This document shows, one piece after another, positions 28,101 through 37,085 of a stretch of DNA of 64,000 bases. The notes beneath the pieces were generated by a model. The model had not been told where the DNA came from. It searched no databases and saw only the letters and a list, made by a program, of their open reading frames with translations. The stretch lies in the sequence record MN871446.1; one strand, given 5' to 3'. The DNA is from Klebsiella phage KpLz-2_45. Every line of letters begins with the position of its first letter. Position 1 is the stretch's first letter. The position numbers and the translations under genes were made by a program.

Positions 28101-31100
28101 CGAATGGGGAATATTTCTCGATGCGTACTGGGAAAGTCATCAAGAAACTTTCCGATATTGACGGTGACGTCGGGGTGATTGACCCTCGCACCAGAACCAT
28201 GACACCTGTACTTTCTGCTGAGGATGCTGCTAAAGGATTGGTTGATAAGAATGGCCGTAGCGTTCGTACTGGACTGGCTAAACTTACGGGGATGATCGGC
28301 AACGGTCTCCGCGGGGTGGGCGGTTTACTTACAACCCCGTTTAAGATTTTAAATGGACTGAAAAACGGTGCGATTAATTTAGCTTCTAACGGTTTGAGTG
28401 CAGTAGGCGGTGTTTTAAATAGGGGCTTGAATACAGGGATAGGATTCTCTGGCGGGTCGACACCGTGGCTAAAACGTATCTATCGACTCTTAGTTAATCA
28501 GTTCACCGGGAAAGATCCACTTGACGGCCTCGATACCGAAACAGGTAGTGTTTCGGGTATCAAGAATCGCTTAACGGGCGGGTTCGAGAAACTCAAGAAT
28601 CGTACCGGAAGTTGGTGGCAGCGTCTTCAGAAAAAGAAACCGGAAGAGACCAAACCTGAACACGCTGAGAAAGCGGCGAAGGAAGGGGGTGGTTGGGGTA
28701 AACTGATCTGGGCCGCTATCACGGGAGTTGGTGCCATTGTCGGGAAAATTGCAACCGGATTCGGGAATTTCTGGAAATGGATCAAAGAACTTCCTCGCTG
28801 GATAAGCGGTGCGAAAGCGTTAGATGCTGCTGGGGATTTGGCAGGGGATGTAGCAGGCTCAGGAGGTAGGAGAGGCGGTCTGCTACGTAGAACCGGTAAC
28901 GTACTGAAGAAAGTCGGGAAAGGGGCGCTAGGGGTTGCGGGCTTCTTAGGAAGAGGGTTATTTAGCGGAGTCGGAATGTTAGCAAGGGGCGCCGCGGTAG
29001 CGGCAGGGTCATTGCTCTCTGCGCCTGTTCTGGTCACAGCGGCGGTAGCTGCGGGTGTAGGTTATCTGATTTATAAAGGATACCAAGCCTACAAGAACAG
29101 AATGACATCGCTGAGAAACTACCGTGCAGCACAGTACGGCGTCAACCCGAAAGACAGTGACCGGGCGGGTAAAGTACTTGCATTAGAAGAAGCGGTTCTG
29201 AAAAACAGTCAGATCTCAGGGCAAGGGAAACTCAAGATTGGTTCGTTACCTTTCCAAGAGTTACTGAGTGCCTTTGATGTTGAGATCACTGACCAGCGTA
29301 GTGTACAGCGTTGGACACGATGGTATCAGATGCGTTTCGTTCCAGTCTTTACCCGTAACGTTGAAACACTTTATCGGATGGACCCTAAAGCTAAAATCAC
29401 CGAGAGTGAATTCCTGAAACCGAGTCAACGAGGGGACTTCGCTAAAGCCACTTTCATTGCATCCGGCGGAAAAGAATCTCCTTATCTGGTCTCTGACTCG
29501 CCATTCCCTAATATGTCTTCAGTAACAGGTGATCGGTTTGTTGCCGGTTTCCGTGACCAGGTCATTGCTGAGTTTGCGGAAGCAGAGAAAAAGGCGATCG
29601 CCTCGGGCGAGAAGAAACTGGTCACTGCTTCAGACGTGAAGCAACCGAAGGGAATCGAATTACTGAACAAAAAGGCACAGGAAGCACAAGCCAATAATGC
29701 TAACCGGACAGTAAATCCAACAACCGATCTCTACTATTCACCGGGCGATACCCGGAAAGGGCTAACTTCCCTGACCGGCGATAAGCGCAAGGATGAATTG
29801 ATCGAGATGGGGAACCGCATTGATGACCTGACCTCGATACGTGTTAAACTTTACGGTTTACGCGAGCTGTTGAAAGGGGACGTTAACGCCTTACTCGCAT
29901 TAGAGACTGAGGCGTTGAAATTCATTCGATACGGTGATAAAGGAGTAGCCCTCTGGACAGGGAACAGCGAACAGTTCTTCGCTAACTGGAACGGTCAATT
30001 CGGTATTAACAGTAATAACGCCAATGAAAAGGCACAGTGGCTATTCTGGTTCACGAAACGTTTCCTACCTGTCTTCTTGAACTTCTGTTCTGAAAGCAAT
30101 TTCATCGCGCCTAATAGTTCGCCGATGGTCGCATGGAAGAAACTGAACGCGAGCGATCTCCTGAAGATTGCAAACTTCATGAACAGCGCGACGACCGAGG
30201 TCAATGGCGGGAAAGTCTCAGTCTGGACCATTAAAGCGTCACCGTGGCCTAACCGCTTCTCAAACACGGACAGTAGTGTTATTCAGTCTAACCTGGATGC
30301 ATTACGTCTCGAAGGGAAAAAGGAAGTTTACCAAGAGAAAGTGAAGACAGAAGCGGAAATCGCCAAGATGACCTTTGATGGTAAAGCGCTTCGTAACTCG
30401 TCACTGGGTAACAAGATTGCTGACCTTTATAGCGATAACCGTGCGTTAACCGCCGATACGCGAGGACGCGCTACTGGCGCTAACGGTGTCGGTGTTTACG
30501 GTCAACGTGTGGGTTCAATGGGAACCTCCTTTGAACGTTCGGAAGCGGGTAGCAGTTTCACGGATACCAACTTACTGCATTCCGGTGAAGGTACCGGCGG
30601 GTCGATTAATGATATCCCTGATCCGAAAGGAGACGGTTGGGATAACGTGAAAGATTCGATTGCAGCAGTGGCTAAGATGGTCGGCGTTGATGCCGGTTCA
30701 TTGGCGGCAATGGTGGCGCAGGAATCTCGCTTTGAGATTCGGGCGAAGAACGGTAACTCTTCGGCAGCAGGACTCGGTCAGTTCCTTGATGGAACCTGGA
30801 AAGAGATTCTCCCTACTCTTGTTAAGAAATATGGTGTGAACCCGAATACGTCTCAGTATGACCCACGTGCGTCGTTATTGGCCACGGCGGAATACATGAA
30901 ACAGAACGCGAAGATCATCGGTGACATTGGTAGACCATTGACGACCACTGATATCTATATGGCGCACTTCTTAGGGCCAGGGGGTGCAAGGAACGTACTG
31001 CGTGTACCGACCAACACACCGATTCAATCGGCGATGGGTGATAGGTATGCTGCAGTCGCGAGAGCGAACCCTGAGATCTTTAAGAACGTCAGGACGACGG

Positions 31101-31756
31101 GCGACCTTGTAGCGAGTCTTGGTGGTTATCTCTCCAGAAACGGTGGGCAATACGCGCAGCTGGCGAACGGGATGACAGGGAAGGCTGGACCAGCCGTTCC
31201 GGGTGGGGGAAGTGATGCGGTCAGTACCAGTGCCCCGAAAGAGACAGAGACAACTCCGCCTGTTGCACCATCGACGGGATCAAACACTATCGTCAGCAAT
31301 CCGGCGAAAGGTGAGATGCCTGTCGGTAGTACGACAAGTACGTCTGTCACGACAAGGGGGACCGATACGGTCACACCGGCAACGACCCGAACCACGGATA
31401 GCCGTGACGCTAAAGCATTGGCTCAGCAGGCAGTACAGCGCGAGAACACTGCGGAAGCTAATCGCATTGCTGTGGCAGCATCCAGAAAACAATCAGCTGA
31501 AACGGCGAGTACGACAAGTACATGGGCCGACACGTTGAATGAACAGCTTGAGACGCAGAAATCTATGGACAGTACGTTGAAGTTGATCAAAGGTCTTCTG
31601 GAGAAAGGGGTGCCGGTAACCGGTGGGGAAAATAATTCTTCCCCTAAGACCAATCCTAACAGCAGCGAATTAAGAGGGAAAGATATCAGTACGGGGAGTC
31701 GAGGGAAACAACCTTTTGAACCGTTCGATACGAGTATCTCGCAGAACTTTCGTTAA
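25163..31756 (+). CDS. Giant virion-associated protein (2197 aa) with a C-terminal lytic transglycosylase (SLT) domain
   Basis: C-terminal ...AQESRFEIRAKNGNSSAAGLGQFLDGTWKE...YMAHFLGPGGA is an SLT catalytic-Glu/GLGQF signature. Contains a GGGGGQGGQGGDTGDQGG glycine tract, a hydrophobic segment LLSAPVLVTAAVAAGVGYLIY, and a tandem ~110-aa internal repeat (TGKVIKKLSD appears twice). Confidence 0.75.
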   Translation: MAKREKIDLDRFDDFDLEDNWGMDKEPQSAKDGSGKREAVKKAGKTVLREMGKTTFTSQMAKTILKEAMPRSFTTTLDNVDKGLIDVRSLYADVRKDAAPMLREMKALGRTVNRLVPTPYQKKIDAFLTRNNGTDKSGSQLAALNIEDAAVLQSLAQVFNQDDDKPKQMSPEELTEKLTDQQYKIKLGTAIASIQNLLAKQTAYQFGAQRAFQKKSMELQIRQLMVSRAHLDVAQKSAVETSNLLRSVVENTALPDVVKQHRSEEFLRMGREKIFGRIQQSMYDWTSNYRNQFKDRAKQAINDRMQKLTMGFSMANDSLEQLEAQRELLASMGVTPEEFLAGAAGNWGALQIGKRIGKRINKSAPSLRRLDGTFQGVNYLFNNKERLASDWGNSGYRYGKWYNPIENFVKDTLRGGYRDEGVVRAGGLGNGEKISTVDERKLSYMEEMSGYLSRILHSIDVLRTGDNNTQRTVFNRQKGIFTSFNESVASTRQALIKDTDINSQRENINRLIENIDNNNRLSPDAKGKISDHLMTRARTSKAFNPAALANEKISGLSRDDQRLWQGLMAKRYGLKLNEKSEWSLNPFSSSNVNLNIDAGQYNYASNQTQGIFNRAHALAQTGNLEELISEGAVVFKNGNWEVNPDYYGSRVSGKPSPGNNDSTNPNDMGPHRPRNPPPGTPPITELRRFGQDWTNPNSVNFNLNGNQQNSFGTALAEQTDRILESMKHSQLFWDEQMARIEAQLTALEGCCLNGGGGGGQGGQGGDTGDQGGRRRFSRNWAKRGLRAGIGGIRRGVKGMWDLGGLPLKAAGEIFKRVRRPAFNAAMTIGTFGLNKVLGFGMQAFEKVQDGYIATAQGLKKVIEKEGLAAGRYVDQATGKVIKKLSDVRGAVWDVVNNTQVLTDDEARRGLFNAAGNRIKTSFNKVLGAVGSLLNGRFTPYHLLKGAAGGLGKGLFSLFGRLPDIYVLGEMKPRLYASKLANGEYFSMRTGKVIKKLSDIDGDVGVIDPRTRTMTPVLSAEDAAKGLVDKNGRSVRTGLAKLTGMIGNGLRGVGGLLTTPFKILNGLKNGAINLASNGLSAVGGVLNRGLNTGIGFSGGSTPWLKRIYRLLVNQFTGKDPLDGLDTETGSVSGIKNRLTGGFEKLKNRTGSWWQRLQKKKPEETKPEHAEKAAKEGGGWGKLIWAAITGVGAIVGKIATGFGNFWKWIKELPRWISGAKALDAAGDLAGDVAGSGGRRGGLLRRTGNVLKKVGKGALGVAGFLGRGLFSGVGMLARGAAVAAGSLLSAPVLVTAAVAAGVGYLIYKGYQAYKNRMTSLRNYRAAQYGVNPKDSDRAGKVLALEEAVLKNSQISGQGKLKIGSLPFQELLSAFDVEITDQRSVQRWTRWYQMRFVPVFTRNVETLYRMDPKAKITESEFLKPSQRGDFAKATFIASGGKESPYLVSDSPFPNMSSVTGDRFVAGFRDQVIAEFAEAEKKAIASGEKKLVTASDVKQPKGIELLNKKAQEAQANNANRTVNPTTDLYYSPGDTRKGLTSLTGDKRKDELIEMGNRIDDLTSIRVKLYGLRELLKGDVNALLALETEALKFIRYGDKGVALWTGNSEQFFANWNGQFGINSNNANEKAQWLFWFTKRFLPVFLNFCSESNFIAPNSSPMVAWKKLNASDLLKIANFMNSATTEVNGGKVSVWTIKASPWPNRFSNTDSSVIQSNLDALRLEGKKEVYQEKVKTEAEIAKMTFDGKALRNSSLGNKIADLYSDNRALTADTRGRATGANGVGVYGQRVGSMGTSFERSEAGSSFTDTNLLHSGEGTGGSINDIPDPKGDGWDNVKDSIAAVAKMVGVDAGSLAAMVAQESRFEIRAKNGNSSAAGLGQFLDGTWKEILPTLVKKYGVNPNTSQYDPRASLLATAEYMKQNAKIIGDIGRPLTTTDIYMAHFLGPGGARNVLRVPTNTPIQSAMGDRYAAVARANPEIFKNVRTTGDLVASLGGYLSRNGGQYAQLANGMTGKAGPAVPGGGSDAVSTSAPKETETTPPVAPSTGSNTIVSNPAKGEMPVGSTTSTSVTTRGTDTVTPATTRTTDSRDAKALAQQAVQRENTAEANRIAVAASRKQSAETASTTSTWADTLNEQLETQKSMDSTLKLIKGLLEKGVPVTGGENNSSPKTNPNSSELRGKDISTGSRGKQPFEPFDTSISQNFR

Positions 31757-31763
31757 CTAAATT

Positions 31764-31781
31764 GGGGAGAGAAATCTCCCC
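31764..31781 (+). terminator. Hairpin ggggaga-gaaa-tctcccc followed by a T-run
   Basis: 7-bp stem; TTATTTTTA 3'. Confidence 0.6.
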
Positions 31782-31801
31782 TTATTTTTAAAGGAACAGA
31801 A

Positions 31802-33946
31802 ATGGCGACATTAGATACAGTAACTGACGATAGCTGGACGCGTCAGGCATTCTTACTTCCTGCCGATGCGGTTGATGATGACGACATTTATTACCGTAAC
31901 CACTCCAGCGCCTATTTTAAATACACCGATACTACGTTGGGCGGAAACTGGGCATTGAATGCACCACCCCAACCCTGTCTCTTTTCAGACCCTGTCTTAG
32001 ACCGTTATGTTGAAATCGGCGAGGGCCAAGGTGCGTGGTATTCTGAAAACATTGATGACAACTCAGTTTTACTCCACATGCGATTTGGTGTACCGAACTA
32101 TAACAGTCTGGCGAGTTTCTTCGGTAACTTCTACAGCTCCGACGATGCGCGTTTGGTTCGTACTGGACGGGCATCCGGTGTAGGGAATTTAATTGGCCGG
32201 GCGATCGGCTGGGCGTTCTCTGTTCGACTTGTTCCGTTTATCATGACGTTCACCGCCATCAAATGGTTTACCGGAACGGTCAGTACGAAATTCTATTACC
32301 TTAAACCGACGATGGGGCTGTACTGGAAATATGTCAACGATTTTGCCAACAACATTGCCTCCAACCTTGATCTCGCAGCAAAGCCTACTACGGATTCATG
32401 GCTTAAACTTACAGAAGGTGCGAATTTAAACGGTACCACACCGATGTCTGAATCTGGTGACCCTGGTGTGGAGTCTATCGAACAAGCAACAAAAACAGCG
32501 TTTGAGATTGGCGCCAGAGAGAAGTCGGTTTATGACCAGATGGTACCGGAACTTTTCCGTGCTGACGGTTTAACTGGTATCGATATCTACGCGACAGCGA
32601 CACGGGCGCAGGCATACGCTAACGCGTGGCATGAGGCAATTAATGAAATTGCCGCACAAAACCAGAGTAACGGTAATGGCGTGATGTCAAGTATCTACGC
32701 GTGGATGACTGGCGGAGGTGCAACGGCATCACTGAACAAGGCCAAAAAGAAAACTTACGCGACCACTGAAGAGTTCCTTAACGCTTATCTGAAAGACCCA
32801 GACGGACGTCTCACTGAATCACCTGCTACGGCGGGGAATGAAGCCAGCAATGCCGAGGTTAACACCGCTCAGCAATCCACGGCGACAACGACCGATGCCA
32901 ACGGTAATGCGATTAGTCCCGTGGCTGATAACGGAACTAATGAAGCGCAGAAAGGTGTTATTGAACAAGCGTACGAAAGCGTCAAAGACTATTTCACTGA
33001 TGAGGTCATTGGTCGTGCTTATGCGACCTTTAAAGCGGCGCAGCGCGATGGTTCTCAATGGCTAACCCTTCGAATCGATGGACGTGAGTCGGCCAGTGAA
33101 TCTTTCTCAAACAGTGTACGCGAGTCCGATCTCCAGTCGACGATCAACAGCACTTCTTCCAGAGCGGCCAGTATGCGTTTCAGTATGGCAGAAGGGAATT
33201 TCCTTGGTATTCCAGGGATGCAAGAGATCGTTAACACAGTGAAAGACATAGCGGGCGGGATTATGGATTCTCTTCATATCTCGGGTGTTGGCGCTATTGC
33301 AGGGAACGCCTTTGTCGATATTCCTAAACATTACGACAGTTCTTCTGCGAGTTTTAACCAGATGTCGCTAACGATTCCGTTACGAGCATGGGCGGGAGAT
33401 AACTTCAACCGTTTCCAATGTGAAATCCTTCCGCTGATCACAATGTTAGTGGGGGCGTTACCAAGGGCAACGGGGACTGGTTCGTATACAGCACCTTTCA
33501 TTGGTGAGTTTTATTGCCAGGGTCGTTGTTCGATTCCTTTGGGGATGATCACGGCCATCGATATTACTCGTGCAACCTCGAATATGCCTTGGACGAAAAA
33601 CGGGGAATACCTCGGGATTGATGTCAGGTTAACGATCACTGACCTTTCGTCAGTGGCGGCCATGAACCTTAACGAGGCATTTGGTCTGCGTAACTTTGAC
33701 CCAACGACATGGAACCGGCTGCTGTTCCCGCAAGATTCGTCGTTTGAAATGTACACTAACGTATTATCCAGTCTGGGTCTCCATGACCAGATTTACATGT
33801 TACCGCGCTTCAAGCGTAACTGGAACAGGGTAGTGAACAGTTTCGATAGATTCTTCTCGTACTCTAACCTGGCCAACACTATCTTCAGCGGTAATATGGG
33901 CGGGCAAATACTTTCTGCGCTCAGTAAAACTGACCGTGGCTTGTAA
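31802..33946 (+). CDS. Hypothetical virion structural protein (714 aa)
   Basis: Co-oriented with and immediately downstream of the giant protein; no motif. Confidence 0.5.
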   Translation: MATLDTVTDDSWTRQAFLLPADAVDDDDIYYRNHSSAYFKYTDTTLGGNWALNAPPQPCLFSDPVLDRYVEIGEGQGAWYSENIDDNSVLLHMRFGVPNYNSLASFFGNFYSSDDARLVRTGRASGVGNLIGRAIGWAFSVRLVPFIMTFTAIKWFTGTVSTKFYYLKPTMGLYWKYVNDFANNIASNLDLAAKPTTDSWLKLTEGANLNGTTPMSESGDPGVESIEQATKTAFEIGAREKSVYDQMVPELFRADGLTGIDIYATATRAQAYANAWHEAINEIAAQNQSNGNGVMSSIYAWMTGGGATASLNKAKKKTYATTEEFLNAYLKDPDGRLTESPATAGNEASNAEVNTAQQSTATTTDANGNAISPVADNGTNEAQKGVIEQAYESVKDYFTDEVIGRAYATFKAAQRDGSQWLTLRIDGRESASESFSNSVRESDLQSTINSTSSRAASMRFSMAEGNFLGIPGMQEIVNTVKDIAGGIMDSLHISGVGAIAGNAFVDIPKHYDSSSASFNQMSLTIPLRAWAGDNFNRFQCEILPLITMLVGALPRATGTGSYTAPFIGEFYCQGRCSIPLGMITAIDITRATSNMPWTKNGEYLGIDVRLTITDLSSVAAMNLNEAFGLRNFDPTTWNRLLFPQDSSFEMYTNVLSSLGLHDQIYMLPRFKRNWNRVVNSFDRFFSYSNLANTIFSGNMGGQILSALSKTDRGL

Positions 33947-33962
33947 AAGTAAACAAAAAAAA

Positions 33963-33984
33963 AGAGAGGGTTTTCACCCTCTCT
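33963..33984. terminator. Bidirectional terminator agagagggt-tttc-accctctct flanked by A9 and T6 runs
   Basis: 9-bp perfect stem; between convergent genes. Confidence 0.75.
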
Positions 33985-33987
33985 TTT

Positions 33988-34791
33988 TTATACTGTTTCT
34001 AATTTTAACGTACTCACGGTACGTTTTGCTACCCGCGGAGCGAGTCGTTGACAACTCTCGTCTATTGGATTAAACCAGTCCTCTTTCGGCCAACCTTTCT
34101 TCACTCGATAAAGTAATGTAGTATAAGGAATTGCCTTTTCTCTGGCGAGTTCTGCAACAGAAACCTGCTGACCTTCCCACTCAACGTTGATACTTGCTAT
34201 TCTCCCTGGTTGCGTTGTGTACCGCGTATAGTCAGCGCGTCTTTCAGCGGGTGCCCAGTAACAACTCATTGCATTGAGGGGCTCATCTGTTTTTTCAATC
34301 CACAAGAAATCAGTTTCTTCTCTAGGATAACCTATTTCGTCAAACGCCTTTCTGTACGAAGTCCAATGAACTGGAAGAGTCAACGATTTCCCGCTGCGGT
34401 TCTTTATCCTTGAGAAACTTGCTCTCAATTTTGCGCGGGTCTTCGGGTGTATAATTTCTGGTCGACTCTTTTTGGCTCGGCGTTCCAATACGGTAAGAAC
34501 ACTATCTCCTCGGAATAAAGAAGATTGTGTTTTCCTGTAATCTAACCGGTACCGGACAACGATCTCACTTAACGTAAGGACTTCACTCAATACAGGATAA
34601 AGTCTTTTCTTGTACCCCACTAAATTTACGAAGAGGGGTCCGACATCCTTCATACCGGGAGTTTTTACCAACGCTCTCTTTATTCTCTGGTAAACCGTGA
34701 TTCTTTTCATACCCGTAATCTCTACGATTTCCGGGACAGTGCGTTTAACACCGTTGTAAAGATATACAGGTTGGTTTTTAACAGCAGGCAT
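33988..34791 (-). CDS. Putative DNA-binding protein with two helix-turn-helix-like segments (267 aa)
   Basis: TVPEIVEITGMKRITVYQRIKRAL and VSVAELAREKAIPYTTLLYRVKKGW look like HTH motifs; a basic protein. Confidence 0.4.
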   Translation of the reverse strand: MPAVKNQPVYLYNGVKRTVPEIVEITGMKRITVYQRIKRALVKTPGMKDVGPLFVNLVGYKKRLYPVLSEVLTLSEIVVRYRLDYRKTQSSLFRGDSVLTVLERRAKKSRPEIIHPKTRAKLRASFSRIKNRSGKSLTLPVHWTSYRKAFDEIGYPREETDFLWIEKTDEPLNAMSCYWAPAERRADYTRYTTQPGRIASINVEWEGQQVSVAELAREKAIPYTTLLYRVKKGWPKEDWFNPIDESCQRLAPRVAKRTVSTLKLETV

Positions 34792-34850
34792 CTCATTATC
34801 CTTATCAAAATGATATTTTCTACATCAATAAACGGTGCTGTGTAAATAGA

Positions 34851-34878
34851 GTAGAGAGGGCAATTAAGCCCTCTCTAC
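34851..34878 (-). terminator. Hairpin gtagagagggc-aattaa-gccctctctac
   Basis: 11-bp perfect stem. Confidence 0.7.
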
Positions 34879-34882
34879 TGTT

Positions 34883-35950
34883 TTATGCAAGTGCGATAAA
34901 CGTGTATTGTTGTTTTGCTAATCCAACCACAGTGTTCTCTGTAAAGTGCTGAACCACTGCAATCTGATAAGCGTATTCCGGTAATGTATTCAGTACCGTT
35001 TTCGCATTGGTGGAAATATTCCGGAAGACACTCAGACGATGTCCTGTAGGAGTGAACTGCGAAGCATTCCAACGTGGGTCAATGGAGGATAAGACCGAGA
35101 CTAACTCTGTCGCGTAAGTACTGTACTGGTTCGCGTCAATGACTTTACCAAAACGATAGTTCTGGAGAATCTGTTGTACGGCATCAGGGGCTTTCTGTAA
35201 GATGTAGACACCGCCTAAACTTTCTACCATCGCCTTGACCATTGACAGGTTCCCAGAAGCCAACACCGTCGGTAGACTGTCGCCCATTGCCGCGGTCAGT
35301 GTCGGATTAGAGGAATCGCTACTGTAGACAGCGGAGACAACGTTAGAGAGTCCGAGAAATGAAGCCTGCTGGAGAATAGAAGATTTCAGTGCCGTCATCG
35401 ACAGTTTGTCTTCCAAATTCTGAAAGGTCATATCCGCATTGGCCAATAAGGTATTAACACTACTGATCAGATTATTCGCGTTCAGGATATCCCCGGCAGA
35501 GGTCAACTGGGTAACCGCGCCATTGACATCGCTAAAGGTACTATCGACGGTGCTGTTAATTTCCTGAAGCGTACTGGTAGCACCATTGATAACCTCATCA
35601 GAGATCCCTTTGACGGTACTGATACTTTGACCAATCTCGTTACTCAGCTGACTGGTATATTCGCTGATGTCTTTCTTTACTGCGCTGGCTTGAGTGAGCA
35701 GGTCATTCAACGACCCTAAATCACTGATAGTGGTGTTTAAAAGATAATTCTTTGTTTCAGCGAGTTTCCCTAAAACCATATTCTTCATGTTACTCAATAC
35801 GGTTTTCGTTTCCTTTCCGTAACCATCTACGGCCACCATCGAATCCTTAACACCCGTTGCCACTAATGAGCTTTGGGTTTGCGCGGCAGCCTTAGCAGTT
35901 TGCGCTGAGTTACTTAAGGTCTTAACGTAATTACTGACGCCTAACGCCAT
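34883..35950 (-). CDS. Ser/Thr/Ala-rich low-complexity protein (355 aa), possibly structural or scaffold-like
   Basis: Composition only. Confidence 0.45.
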   Translation of the reverse strand: MALGVSNYVKTLSNSAQTAKAAAQTQSSLVATGVKDSMVAVDGYGKETKTVLSNMKNMVLGKLAETKNYLLNTTISDLGSLNDLLTQASAVKKDISEYTSQLSNEIGQSISTVKGISDEVINGATSTLQEINSTVDSTFSDVNGAVTQLTSAGDILNANNLISSVNTLLANADMTFQNLEDKLSMTALKSSILQQASFLGLSNVVSAVYSSDSSNPTLTAAMGDSLPTVLASGNLSMVKAMVESLGGVYILQKAPDAVQQILQNYRFGKVIDANQYSTYATELVSVLSSIDPRWNASQFTPTGHRLSVFRNISTNAKTVLNTLPEYAYQIAVVQHFTENTVVGLAKQQYTFIALA

Positions 35951-36236
35951 ATGTCCTCCTTACTAAAAATAAAGCGAATCTTCTCCCAAAGGGTTTTTGG
36001 TGTCCTGTTACGGTATCGGGTTAAACCGTGGCTGTAGAAATGACTGGCGGCAATGGCGACGAATTCTATCTTTTCTTCTTTGGTGAAAATGGTGCTAAAA
36101 ATACGGTTATTCAACTGCTCTAGAAAATACACTGCATCCGCTTCCGAGTGACGGTCTTCCTTGAAAAAATTTTCAATGTCCTCTTCGATCGTTTTAAGTA
36201 AATTTTTTACAGCGGTAGAATTTGTTCCGGACATAG
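35941..36236 (-). CDS. Small hypothetical protein (~98 aa)
   Basis: The track start at 36273 abuts the terminator and has no RBS. GGAG-N10-ATG at 36236 (MSGTNSTAV...) is preferred. Confidence 0.35.
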
Positions 36237-36276
36237 CGGGAGCGCTCCAAAAAATAAAAGAGTGAAGGTGCATAAA

Positions 36277-36304
36277 GAAGAGTGGGGTAAAGACCCCACT
36301 CTTC
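36277..36304 (-). terminator. Hairpin gaagagtggggt-aaag-accccactcttc
   Basis: 12-bp perfect stem followed by TTTTATT. Confidence 0.7.
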
Positions 36305-36316
36305 TTTTATTCTCGA

Positions 36317-37072
36317 CTACTCATCCGGGTCATCAGCAACGTTCAAGAACCGGCCGTCCATTCTGACTTCATGGAATGTAACGACATCGTCCGGGAACGT
36401 CAGTTCTAACATCAGATAAACACGTAACGGGTCAATGACCTTTAACGCCTTCGTAAAGACCTTAATGGACATATCCGCATTCCGTATCCCACGGTTCAAG
36501 TTAGACCGTTCCGTACTCTGTCGGTTACGTTCAACAAAACCGTTTAACGGGTCATTGACATAACGATTAACACGTTCCGCCCAATCAGCTTCGTCTTTGA
36601 TGATTTGACGTTTAATGTCACTGAACAAACGATGGAGGACATTATACCGTGTTGGGTATTTCTCGTTATGGTATTCCGTGTATAGGTCTTCTTCGTCAAT
36701 CTCGTCGATATGAGAAGTTCGTGTTCCGTCACGATGTTCGAGGAGAAGAATAAACTTCAGATTAATGGGGCGAATTACTCGCATCCCACGAATGAAGTTA
36801 TGCAGCGTCATCTCTTGCTTTGCCAGCTCACGGTTAAGATTACTGCGTTCTGTCGATTTTCCACGGCTCGTCTGTACGACATTGTTCCGTGGATCTTTAA
36901 CGTATTGCGATAACCGATTATTCCAAAATAACGACGAAATGTTCAGGTCATTTCTGACTTCTCTGAACATTAGCGATAACAGGTTCATGGGCCCGGTGTG
37001 TTCATTTACACGGTTACGTCGCAACTCTTCTGCCAAACGAAATCGGGCTGGGATTCCTCGGCTTTTGATCAT
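36317..37072 (-). CDS. Protein with a tandem internal duplication (~251 aa), unknown function
   Basis: Two about 80-aa repeats: VKDPRNNVVQTSRGKSTERSNLNRELAKQEM... and VNDPLNGFVERNRQSTERSNLNRGIRNADM.... Start chosen at AAGG-N10-ATG (MIKSRGIPARF) to avoid overlap with the upstream gene. Confidence 0.45.
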   Translation of the reverse strand: MIKSRGIPARFRLAEELRRNRVNEHTGPMNLLSLMFREVRNDLNISSLFWNNRLSQYVKDPRNNVVQTSRGKSTERSNLNRELAKQEMTLHNFIRGMRVIRPINLKFILLLEHRDGTRTSHIDEIDEEDLYTEYHNEKYPTRYNVLHRLFSDIKRQIIKDEADWAERVNRYVNDPLNGFVERNRQSTERSNLNRGIRNADMSIKVFTKALKVIDPLRVYLMLELTFPDDVVTFHEVRMDGRFLNVADDPDE

Positions 37073-37085
37073 GGAGTAGACCTTT

